Source of the DNA: Candidatus Babeliales bacterium
GTDB lineage: Bacteria > Babelota > Babeliae > Babelales > JANWKD01
DNA: 64,000 nucleotides
NCBI GenBank assembly: GCA_963762115.1
Contig: CAVXJH010000007.1
Coordinates: 32,001-96,000, forward strand
Direction of reading: 5' to 3'
Shown: piece after piece, positions 51,134 to 60,106 of the stretch
Layout: the number at the start of each line of letters is the position of its first letter
Position numbering within the stretch: position 1 is the first letter of the stretch
Made by a program: the position numbers and the translations under genes
The notes under the pieces: model-generated
Seen by the model: the letters and a program-made list of their open reading frames with translations, nothing else
What the model was told of the DNA's origin: nothing
The model's database searches: none

Positions 51134-52438
51134 CTACTCTTCTTCAAACTGATATTTCATCATCGCTTCAATATCATCAGCCGTTTTTGGTAAATTTTCA
51201 CTCAAACAAACAACACCATCATCGATCACCCAATAATCATCTTCAATACGAATTCCAAGGGATTCTTCAGGAATATAAATGCCGGGTTCAATAGTAAAAA
51301 CATCACCTGCTGCAAGTGGTTCTGCATAACTACCAACATCATGAACATCAAGTCCTAAATAATGACCAATACCATGAATAAAATAATGACCATACCCCTT
51401 TTCATGCAAAAACTTTTTAGCCAAATGATTAAGTGATTCATCTTCATGTTCTTTATTTGAAAGCCACATGCCAGGCTTTGCAATACTTGCAATATATTCC
51501 TGTGTTTCCAAAACAAGATCATAAAGTTCGCGTTGCCGTTTAGTGAAAGCACCCGAAACAGGATACGTTCGCGTTATATCGGCACAATAATAATTAAACT
51601 GAGCGCCAATATCAACAACAACCAAATCGCCCGATTTAAGCGTTCCATTATTTGCATTATAATGCAAAACGGTCGAATTTTTACCCGAACCAACAATACT
51701 TGGAAAAGCAATCGTTCCACCTGAAGAAATAAAGGTATATTCTATGCCTGCTTGCACTTCATATTCAATCGCATTTGGTTTAATTAATCGTGCAGCTGTT
51801 TCATGAGCATCACTGGTTATATCAATTGCTTTATATAACAGCTCTAATTCATAATTTGTTTTTTTTCTTCGTAATTGAGCAACAAGATTTGCAATATCAA
51901 TGAGTGCAATTGATAGTGCCGGCAATAATTTTTCTATACGTTGTAACACAAATCGCTGATCAACATAGCCATATGATGACTCTGGATTAAAAACAAAGAG
52001 CTTTTGATCATCCCCAAGCCATTCTTGTATGGATTGTATCAAGTGAGAATATTGATTCTGAGAAAAAAATGGATGACACTGATATCCTTGGCATGGCTCA
52101 CCCAAATACTCAATACTATCAACACAAAGTTCCTGTGCCTTATGCTCTGATGGCTCAAGAGCGCCTTCAACCCATTTAGCTCGTTCTTTACCAAAATTTG
52201 GCACAAATAGAGTTACTTTGCCCGTAACAATATCAAGCGTTAATGCCGTTGCTGGCTCAGTAATACCCGTCAAATAATAAAATGATGGTTCTTGCCTGAA
52301 AGAAATCGTTTCTTGTTCAAAATTAGCAAACAAGAGAATATGCCCCTTGATACCAACATACTTATTTTTGACAAGAGTTATGAGTGCATTACGACGCTCT
52401 TTGAATACTGAAAAATTATGTTCATATAGTAATGGCAT
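51134..52438 (-). CDS. pepP: Xaa-Pro aminopeptidase (M24B)
   Basis: FRQEPSFYYLTG, VLHY, YCADITRT, HGIGHYLGLDVHD, TIEPG, GIRIEDD. Confidence 0.93.
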   Translation of the reverse strand: MPLLYEHNFSVFKERRNALITLVKNKYVGIKGHILLFANFEQETISFRQEPSFYYLTGITEPATALTLDIVTGKVTLFVPNFGKERAKWVEGALEPSEHKAQELCVDSIEYLGEPCQGYQCHPFFSQNQYSHLIQSIQEWLGDDQKLFVFNPESSYGYVDQRFVLQRIEKLLPALSIALIDIANLVAQLRRKKTNYELELLYKAIDITSDAHETAARLIKPNAIEYEVQAGIEYTFISSGGTIAFPSIVGSGKNSTVLHYNANNGTLKSGDLVVVDIGAQFNYYCADITRTYPVSGAFTKRQRELYDLVLETQEYIASIAKPGMWLSNKEHEDESLNHLAKKFLHEKGYGHYFIHGIGHYLGLDVHDVGSYAEPLAAGDVFTIEPGIYIPEESLGIRIEDDYWVIDDGVVCLSENLPKTADDIEAMMKYQFEEE

Positions 52439-52726
52439 GAAAAACCCCTTTAGAAACCAAGAAATTATTTTTATCCAAAAGTATCCCAGCTAAAACGTAT
52501 TTTTGCAAATAAATTCATTTTTATTTAAAAAAGCAACTTTTTCCCTCTAAACAAAACTCTTGCTTTTTTAATTCCTATTTTAGTATTCTTATAGTAGGAA
52601 GCACCTTGCCAAAACAGTATATTTTATTGTACACAATGCAATTTGAATCTTAATAAATACATAGAATTCAAATAAAAAAGAGAAAAAAATCTAACTAACT
52701 CAACCTAGAAATCGAGAGGAAGCACC

Positions 52727-52957
52727 ATGAAAAAAAGAAATATAATCGGTTTTACCTTATTACTAACGGGGTTGTTTATCTTCCCTCTTATTGAAGCAAA
52801 AAAATGCCAAACACAAGAATGTGCGTACACAAAAATAAATTGTGAAGAATGCTGTAAAGCAAAAACAGGCGTTAGCCCTGAATGTTGCGCAGCATGTAAT
52901 AATTGTATGTTATATGATGATGGCGGAAGATCTGGCTGCAAAGACTTTCCTTCGTAA
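52727..52957 (+). CDS. Small secreted Cys-rich protein
   Basis: GAGGA RBS, signal peptide ending IEA, 10 Cys in a 52-aa mature part, own terminator. Confidence 0.7.
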   Translation: MKKRNIIGFTLLLTGLFIFPLIEAKKCQTQECAYTKINCEECCKAKTGVSPECCAACNNCMLYDDGGRSGCKDFPS

Positions 52958-52965
52958 AAAATAAG

Positions 52966-53000
52966 GGCGCTCACTAATATGGTGAGCGCCTACATTTTTT
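52966..53000 (+). terminator. Rho-independent terminator
   Basis: GGCGCTCAC/GTGAGCGCC stem followed by TACATTTTTT. Confidence 0.7.
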
Positions 53001-53064
53001 CAACTCAATTTGATACATTAAAAACATGAATTTAGCCTAAGAGAAATGACATTAAAATCGGCAT

Positions 53065-53233
53065 TGTCATTGCGAGCCAACATTGTTGGCGTGGCAACCC
53101 AGCATATAAAATTCTTTTTATTTCTCCTAAATTAATTTGAATTTATTGATTCAATAAGTTTTAATTTTAGGGATTTCATTAATAAGAACATTATAATCTG
53201 GATCCCCACGGCACAATGTGCCTCGGGAAGACA
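53065..53233. repeat. RPE/REP-like imperfect inverted repeat element
   Basis: TGTCATTGCGAG...CGTGGCAACCCAG (53065-53102) and an inverted variant (53198-53233) around an AT-rich spacer. Confidence 0.7.
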
Positions 53234-53291
53234 TTTTGGGATATTTTGCTTCATTGATACGTTGATAATTTTTTTATCGAACTCGAACTAA

Positions 53292-53891
53292 TTAAAAAGG
53301 ACGACGCTCAGATAATGCTTTATATACCGTAAGGCGGTCCATAAACTCAAGAGAAGAACCAACAGGAACTCCTCGAGCCAAACATGAAACAACGATGGGA
53401 AACTTCTTAAGCTTACTGGCAATATAAGCCGCTGTAGCCTCACCTTCAGGTGTTTGATTGGTAGCAAGAATAACCTCTTTTACCGTATCATTAATACGCT
53501 GTAATAAATAAGGTGTCGTGAGATCTTCAGGCCCAATACCATCAAGTGGCGATATTACGCCACCAAGAACATGGTAAACCCCTTGATATCCGCCCGTCTT
53601 TTCAATACTCATAAGTTCTTGCCAAGTTTCAACAACACATATAACACTTTGATCTCTTTTAGAAGATGAACAAAAAAGGCATTCTTTAGTATTTTCTTTC
53701 CAGGTACAACATATTTGACAACGAACAATCTGCTCCTGAGCAGATAAAATTGCCTTACAAAATTGTTCTGCCTTCACTGCATCCATTGATAACAAATAAT
53801 TAGCAACGCGATACATGTTTTTTGAAGCCAAATAAGGCACTTGCTGCAAATGTTTTATTAAATGAGCTAATGGCGGCAATTGTTCAATCAT
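53292..53891 (-). CDS. recR: Recombination mediator RecR
   Basis: C4 zinc finger, ICVVE, YHVLGGVISPLDGIGP, TPEGEATA. Confidence 0.95.
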   Translation of the reverse strand: MIEQLPPLAHLIKHLQQVPYLASKNMYRVANYLLSMDAVKAEQFCKAILSAQEQIVRCQICCTWKENTKECLFCSSSKRDQSVICVVETWQELMSIEKTGGYQGVYHVLGGVISPLDGIGPEDLTTPYLLQRINDTVKEVILATNQTPEGEATAAYIASKLKKFPIVVSCLARGVPVGSSLEFMDRLTVYKALSERRPF

Positions 53892-55405
53892 TTAACAAAT
53901 CTTTTCGCTATTTGAGCTTGTAAGGCACCAAGAGCTGTGCTGGTGAATATATATAATGCAATACCTGCTGAAAACGTTGTTGCAAATGCCGCAAGCATAA
54001 TTGCCATAGCAAAAGATGAAATACGTTTTTTGGGATCATTTGTTGGGGAATGAAAAATCATCGCTAGCCCAATCAATACTGGCAATATATACAAAGGATC
54101 TGGTGCTGATAAATCATGAATCCATAAAAATGGTGCCATAAATAATTCAATTGAATTTGAGATTACCCAACTTAATGCAATAAAAAGAGGCAGTTGTAAA
54201 AAGACTGGCAAACATCCTGATAATCCAGGCATACCATGCTTACGCAACAACTCTGCCTGCGCAGCTCTCAACGCTTCTTTATCATGCTTATATTTTGATT
54301 GAAGGTAATCAAGTTTTTTTTGATACTCAATACTTTTTTTCATAGTTTGTTCACTTTTATACGTAAAAGGCAACAAAATCAGCTTCATCAAAATTGTCAA
54401 AATAATAATAGCTAAACCATAATTTTTGCAATAATCATAAATCAATGTCAAAATGTGGAGCAAAACTTTTGAAACTGGTCGGGAAACCCTGCCGAGCCAA
54501 CCATAATTTAATGTTTGTTCCAAACGAGGATCAACAGCAACTAATGCTTCATCTTCTTTTGGGCCAACATAAAAGGAAACTTGCCACATTGTTTTAGTTT
54601 GTATTTCAGGTCCTTCTAACACAGAAAATAAATTTTCTAAGTCAAAGACTTTAAAATAACCACGCTGCACAAAATTATCTTTATCTTGCACAAAAGCATG
54701 AACAAAATAACGATCTTGAACACCAAATAATGTTGGTTTTACCCATGATTTTGTAATATTCTCTTCTGTTTTATCCAACAATTGAATTCTATCATAAGCA
54801 TCACCAACTACACCTTTAATGATATCTTTATTACCTAATTCAGGAACAATAGGTGCTGGATAAAAAATACGAGGCTGCAAAATTCCTTGAGAGCCCTCTT
54901 TCGGCTCCAATGTTAAAATAAGATCTATTTTAAACAGCTTTTTATCGATGATAAATCGCTTTTGCATCGTGCCATCTTGAAAATCAGCAGAATAAACCAG
55001 CATAAAATAATCGTCAGTTGATGTCTCTTCAATCAAATCAAAATAATAGGGAGTTTTTTCGTTAAGCCCAACAAGAAAGCAACGCTTCTCTTTATCAACA
55101 GCTGCTGGGGCAAAAATAGTTGCCAAATAACCTTCTTTACCACCCCAATTACGTTTAAATTCTATATTTTCAAGTGAAGCACCTTCGGTGGAAAATCGAT
55201 AACGAGTATGCTCCGTTTCAAGCTCAGTTAAAACTGCTTTTTTTGCTGACTTCTTATCAAAAAAATCCACTTCAAGATTAAGAGGTTTTTGCTCTGCCAA
55301 TGATTCAGTTGGCGTCGACGCTTTACGCGGACCAAAATAATATTGTATTCCCAAACTTGTTAATACCGCTAATGGAAGAACAATTAATAATTCTCTAAAA
55401 TTCAT
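53888..55405 (-). CDS. yidC: Membrane protein insertase YidC
   Basis: YVGPK, NYGLAIIILT, GCLPVFLQLP, FLWIHDLSAPDP. Confidence 0.93.
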   Translation of the reverse strand: MNFRELLIVLPLAVLTSLGIQYYFGPRKASTPTESLAEQKPLNLEVDFFDKKSAKKAVLTELETEHTRYRFSTEGASLENIEFKRNWGGKEGYLATIFAPAAVDKEKRCFLVGLNEKTPYYFDLIEETSTDDYFMLVYSADFQDGTMQKRFIIDKKLFKIDLILTLEPKEGSQGILQPRIFYPAPIVPELGNKDIIKGVVGDAYDRIQLLDKTEENITKSWVKPTLFGVQDRYFVHAFVQDKDNFVQRGYFKVFDLENLFSVLEGPEIQTKTMWQVSFYVGPKEDEALVAVDPRLEQTLNYGWLGRVSRPVSKVLLHILTLIYDYCKNYGLAIIILTILMKLILLPFTYKSEQTMKKSIEYQKKLDYLQSKYKHDKEALRAAQAELLRKHGMPGLSGCLPVFLQLPLFIALSWVISNSIELFMAPFLWIHDLSAPDPLYILPVLIGLAMIFHSPTNDPKKRISSFAMAIMLAAFATTFSAGIALYIFTSTALGALQAQIAKRFVK

Positions 55406-55598
55406 ATAAACCCTTGATCTTGAAAACAACTTTATAAAGAAATCACTATTAAATAGTTATACTTTTTTGAATAATAATAGCTACTTAAGAGTAGCAAAGA
55501 ATATTCGTTTGATCCAGTACAAAAAAAGGAATGGATATATACAAAAAATAAATTTTACGTTATATAAAAAGGATATCTTAAAAGAGGAAGAGGTACTT

Positions 55599-55955
55599 AT
55601 GAAAATGAATAAACGACAATTTCGCATCGGTGAATTAGCGCAGTTTCTTAATGTTGAACGCTTTGTGGTTCGTTTCTGGGAAAAAGAATTCAATGTTCAC
55701 TCATCTCGCTCAAAAGGCGGACAACGTTTTTATCAAGAAAAAGATCTAAAAACATTCACCAAGATAAAAGAACTTTTATACGAAAAAAAATTCACCATTG
55801 CCGGAGCAAAAGAAGCGTTAAAATCAGGAAAAAATTCGTCACTTTTTGCATCAAAAACAACGATGGAATCAAATGCTCCTAACGCACTTTTTTTATCACG
55901 CGAACAACTAATCGAATTACAAAAAAAATTACTTAAAATACGTGAACTTATTTAA
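55599..55955 (+). CDS. MerR-family HTH regulator
   Basis: FRIGELA...VVRFWEKEF...RSKGGQRFY...FTIAGAK; GAGG RBS before 55599. Confidence 0.85.
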   Translation: MKMNKRQFRIGELAQFLNVERFVVRFWEKEFNVHSSRSKGGQRFYQEKDLKTFTKIKELLYEKKFTIAGAKEALKSGKNSSLFASKTTMESNAPNALFLSREQLIELQKKLLKIRELI

Positions 55956-56072
55956 TTTTATCGAGCATATTTCTCCATTCGCCTTGATCAAGACTCTTTC
56001 TCAATTTGTACAACAGAAATAATTTTGTTATTTTGTAACAATTAATCTGTAAATAAAAATCGGGAAATAAGC

Positions 56073-57470
56073 ATGTATAGAAAAAAAGTTCATCTTCACT
56101 TTGTTGGTATAGGCGGTATTGGCATGAGCGGTATTGCAAAAATACTACGTTATCAAGGATACACAATATCAGGCTGTGACATTGACCTTGATCAACAAAG
56201 CGTTGTTGATTTACACAATATCGGTTGCTCAATATATCAAGGTAATAATACACCTGCATGCAATGATCATGGTATCGATATTGTTGTTTATTCATCGGCT
56301 ATACATGCAAACAACCCTGAAATTATTGCTGCACAAGAACGCAATATTCCAACTATTCCTCGAGCTCTCATGCTTGCAGAACTTATGCGCACAAAATATA
56401 GCATCGCTATTGCAGGGAGTCATGGAAAAACAACGACAACATCACTGATTTCACACATTTTAATTGAAACAAAAAAAGACCCTACCGTTATTATCGGGGG
56501 TCACTTAAAAACCATTTCAACAAATGCTCAATTTGGCCTTGGTGATTTTTTAGTTGCTGAAGCAGATGAAAGCGATAAATCTTTAATTCATCTACAAGCA
56601 ACGTTAGCGGTTGTCACCAATATTAGTGCAGAACATCTGGATGTATATAAAGATGTTGATGATATAAAAGATACTTTTAAACAATTCCTCAATAATCTTC
56701 CCTTTTATGGCACGGCAATAATGTGCATTGATAATCAAAATGTACGCTCAATGTTGCCTCTGTCTCACATCAGAACAATCAAATATGGTTTAGACCCTGC
56801 AGCAGACATACAAGCGCAAGATGTTAAACTAGAACCAAGTCAATCAACATGCCACGTTTATCAAGATCAAAAACATCTTGGCTCTTTAACAATCCCTATG
56901 CCAGGCAATCACAACGTGCTCAATGCCCTTGCTGCAACTGCCGTGTGCCTTGAATTAGAAATTCCTTTTGATGCCATAAAAAATGCTTTGGAAAGCTTCA
57001 AAGGAGTTGAACGAAGATTTAGTTATAACGGCAACTATAAAGGCGCAGAGATTTTTAATGATTACGGGCATCACCCAGAAGAAATAAAAAATACCATCGA
57101 AGTTGCCTGCAAACGCAAAAATAATAATGGTAAACTCACCGTTGTATTTCAACCTCATCGCTATACACGAACCTATGCTTTATGGGATCTCTTTATTGAA
57201 ACCCTTCTGCAAAGCCCCATCGATCATTTAATTATTACCGATATTTATGCTGCAAGCGAATCTCCCATTCCTGAAATAACTGCACATAATTTAGTAAAAG
57301 CTATTACCAAACGACACCCACATTTTTCAGTTTCATATGTTCCGTATGAAGAGCAATTTAATTTGTTAAAACGAAACCTTGATGCTCTTATTAATGCTGA
57401 TGATTTAGTATTATTCCAAGGTGCTGGCAATGTGTATAAATGCGCGCACTTTTTAACTGAAAAAAAGTAG
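56073..57470 (+). CDS. murC: UDP-N-acetylmuramate--L-alanine ligase
   Basis: HFVGIGGIGMSG, GSHGKTTTT, EADESD, DYGHHP, FQPHRYTRT. Confidence 0.97.
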   Translation: MYRKKVHLHFVGIGGIGMSGIAKILRYQGYTISGCDIDLDQQSVVDLHNIGCSIYQGNNTPACNDHGIDIVVYSSAIHANNPEIIAAQERNIPTIPRALMLAELMRTKYSIAIAGSHGKTTTTSLISHILIETKKDPTVIIGGHLKTISTNAQFGLGDFLVAEADESDKSLIHLQATLAVVTNISAEHLDVYKDVDDIKDTFKQFLNNLPFYGTAIMCIDNQNVRSMLPLSHIRTIKYGLDPAADIQAQDVKLEPSQSTCHVYQDQKHLGSLTIPMPGNHNVLNALAATAVCLELEIPFDAIKNALESFKGVERRFSYNGNYKGAEIFNDYGHHPEEIKNTIEVACKRKNNNGKLTVVFQPHRYTRTYALWDLFIETLLQSPIDHLIITDIYAASESPIPEITAHNLVKAITKRHPHFSVSYVPYEEQFNLLKRNLDALINADDLVLFQGAGNVYKCAHFLTEKK

Positions 57471-57499
57471 CGGCAACTTTTACATTGCCGCTTACTTTT
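57463..57499. terminator. Hairpin terminator after murC
   Basis: AAAAGTAGCGGCAA...TTGCCGCTTACTTTT. Confidence 0.6.
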
Positions 57500-57519
57500 A
57501 GTTCTTGTTAAACCTTAAT

Positions 57520-58098
57520 TTAGTAGTGGTATGGATAACAACCAGGAGTATAAATGGGTATAATCATAGGAGCAGAAGGTTGTTTATTTTCGAAACGCTC
57601 AAATGACTCAATAAGATCTTTATCAATATAAATATTCAATCTATCGTTTAATTGAACGAGTTCTGATTTCAAGTGTTGAATTTTCTCAACAAGTTGAACA
57701 AGGTCTCTATTTTGTAATCGCTTTAACCAAGTATCGCATTTATTAATTGTTCTGCGTATAAAATAAAAACATTTTAAGTTACCCTTCACCGTATAACTCT
57801 CATCTAAATCAACTATTTTTCTCAGTTTTTTCAATTGAGAAGCTAAACGTTTTTCGATCTTATTCGTAAATTTAGTAACCAAAGCTGCCATTTCATCATC
57901 AGTTTTATTATTCCAAAGCTCTCGCTCAGCTTTCTCTTTTTGATAATCACGATACAAAAGATACCCAAATCCTGCAAATAAACAGGTAGCTGCCCCTAAA
58001 AAGCCTACCATTCCCGCTTTCTGATCATTAGTTAAAGCCAATGATTGAGCAGGAATTAAACCTATACATAGTATGAGTAATAGTTTTTTGAAAATCAC
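57520..58098 (-). CDS. Hypothetical protein (signal peptide, TM, coiled coil)
   Basis: Probable GTG start at 58098 after GGAG (MIFKKLLL). Confidence 0.6.
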   Translation of the reverse strand: MIFKKLLLILCIGLIPAQSLALTNDQKAGMVGFLGAATCLFAGFGYLLYRDYQKEKAERELWNNKTDDEMAALVTKFTNKIEKRLASQLKKLRKIVDLDESYTVKGNLKCFYFIRRTINKCDTWLKRLQNRDLVQLVEKIQHLKSELVQLNDRLNIYIDKDLIESFERFENKQPSAPMIIPIYTPGCYPYHY

Positions 58099-58297
58099 TT
58101 TTTTTATCTCCACGTAATATAAACAAATTATTGAGCATTTTAAGTATAACAAAAACACAAATTCAATCAATAATATGTTTTTATAAAAACAATTAATATT
58201 TTATTTGTAATTAAATCATTGCTTTTTCTTAATAAAACCTGATAAACTTTACTTAAAATAGATTAGTTCTGTTTAAATAAAAACAGAGGAGTTAATA

Positions 58298-58795
58298 ATG
58301 AATACTATTAAAAAAATAATGATTTTGACGATATTTTTTACTTCTTACTCTTTAAAAGCAGGCGGCGGTGGATTTGGCGGTGGCTTTGCAGGTGGATTTA
58401 CCGGAAGCTTATTAGGTAATGCCTTAACAGCGCCACGACAACAGCAAGTAATATATCAAGAACCAGAAGTTCGTTATATTGAACGACCTTCATGCAGAGT
58501 TGATGATGAACGGACTTCACGAGCGCAGGAAGAACGAATACGACGTGAAGAAAGAGAAAGAATTGAACAAAATAAAATAACAAGACAACGCCAAAAAGAA
58601 GAAGCGCGAAAAGCAGCAGAACAAACTCAAAAAAATAAAGAAAAACAACAAAAAAATGATGAACTTAAAATGCGTGAATTGACCTTACGAGAAAAAGAAG
58701 TAGAAGCTAAATTAGCTGAAATTGAAGCAAAAAATAAAGAATTGGAAATTAGAAACAAAGAACTTGAAGTAGAATTGCAGAAAAAGAAGAATTAA
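58298..58795 (+). CDS. Hypothetical secreted protein with glycine zipper and charged coiled coil
   Basis: GAGGAG RBS, signal peptide, GGGFGGGFAGGFTGSLLG, E/K/R-rich tail. Confidence 0.7.
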   Translation: MNTIKKIMILTIFFTSYSLKAGGGGFGGGFAGGFTGSLLGNALTAPRQQQVIYQEPEVRYIERPSCRVDDERTSRAQEERIRREERERIEQNKITRQRQKEEARKAAEQTQKNKEKQQKNDELKMRELTLREKEVEAKLAEIEAKNKELEIRNKELEVELQKKKN

Positions 58796-58803
58796 AACTT
58801 TTT

Positions 58804-59067
58804 TTAATAACTGCCATTCTCTTGTTCGTAATGTTTTTTCGATGCAGATATCACTTCACATATAAATTTCTTGGCATCATCTCTTTGTTGCATCTGTTTA
58901 TTTACAGCTTGCGAAAAACCTCTCCATGAACCATCTGCATGTTGAGAATCTTCTACATTTTGATAAAAAGCAGTTGACGAACTTGGCGTCTTAACGGTTC
59001 CTGCTTTCATTGCTGTTAACTCAAAAACAACAAAAAAAGAAAAAAGAATTTTTTTAGGTAGAATCAC
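58804..59067 (-). CDS. Hypothetical small secreted protein
   Basis: 87 aa, GTG start after AAAGG, LTA|MK. Confidence 0.5.
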   Translation of the reverse strand: MILPKKILFSFFVVFELTAMKAGTVKTPSSSTAFYQNVEDSQHADGSWRGFSQAVNKQMQQRDDAKKFICEVISASKKHYEQENGSY

Positions 59068-59133
59068 AAGAACCTTTCAAGTTTTAGTTACTTTATAAAA
59101 AAATAACAAAAGGTATCGATAATCTGCAAGAAA

Positions 59134-59565
59134 TTATTTTTCAATAACTATTTTTTGCCCATTAAAAATAACAACATGTAACTCATCATATAACCAACGC
59201 AAAGAAATTGAGCAATATTTTTGAGGCTTTTCAAAATTTAACAGAATTTCATTACTACTCATAAAACACGCAATTTGACGCCAACCAAAACGTTCCATAT
59301 GTTCTTGGTAGAACGCTAAAGAATCGCCGATAGACATTGTTGATGCATAGGCAACAATGGCATTATCCCCTTTTTCAGAACTATTCAAAAGATGCATAGA
59401 TTTTGCACCTATCAAAATAGGCACATCATAGAGTCGTGCTTCAATATGAGCTTGATCCCATACTTCAGAATCGCCATTATTATATGGCTTACGCTTGTTA
59501 CAAGCGGGAAGTATCATGAGGGACAAACCAATAAAAAACAAGGTGAAAAAAGGTATTTTTTTCAC
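59134..59565 (-). CDS. Hypothetical lipoprotein
   Basis: Lipobox-like LPAC after a hydrophobic stretch. Confidence 0.65.
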   Translation of the reverse strand: MKKIPFFTLFFIGLSLMILPACNKRKPYNNGDSEVWDQAHIEARLYDVPILIGAKSMHLLNSSEKGDNAIVAYASTMSIGDSLAFYQEHMERFGWRQIACFMSSNEILLNFEKPQKYCSISLRWLYDELHVVIFNGQKIVIEK

Positions 59566-59591
59566 GTATTACTACTCATCAACCCTTAATG

Positions 59592-59981
59592 TTATGCAGC
59601 TTCTACCATTGAAGATGCAACAAACTTTTTACGCTCAACATTTGCAGCTCTACCAACACGACCACGCAAATAATAAAGCTTAGCTCTTCTTACGCGACCT
59701 TGACGAACGAGTTTTATTGAAGCAATTCGAGGTGAATAATAAGGGAAAATCTTTTCAACCGCTACAGCATTCGCTCCAATTTTTCTTACGGTAATAGTGC
59801 TTGAAATACCATTATGATTCCATGCAATAACAGCACCTTCAAATGCTTGAAGACGTTCTTTATCACCTTCTTTGATTCTTTGTTCTACAACAATGACATC
59901 GCCGATAGTGAATTCAGGAAAATTGCGATCTTTTATGCCATATGACAAGATCGTCTCTTTAGTATATCTTTTAGCTTTCAT
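59592..59981 (-). CDS. rplS: 50S ribosomal protein L19
   Basis: KERLQAFEG, TVRK, GRVRRAKLYYLR. Confidence 0.96.
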   Translation of the reverse strand: MKAKRYTKETILSYGIKDRNFPEFTIGDVIVVEQRIKEGDKERLQAFEGAVIAWNHNGISSTITVRKIGANAVAVEKIFPYYSPRIASIKLVRQGRVRRAKLYYLRGRVGRAANVERKKFVASSMVEAA

Positions 59982-60106
59982 GATAAATATCCTTGTTTAT
60001 CTCGTAATTTTTGTGTCAGCCTAGCAAATTAATTTTAGTAACAATTGTATGTTAGTATACAAAAAAATTGTTACTGTGCCAATTACCTTAAAAATTTATT
60101 TTAAAC

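Noticed and set aside
52705..52974. 89-aa minus-strand ORF
   Set aside because: Antisense to the Cys-rich gene, which has the RBS, signal peptide and terminator.
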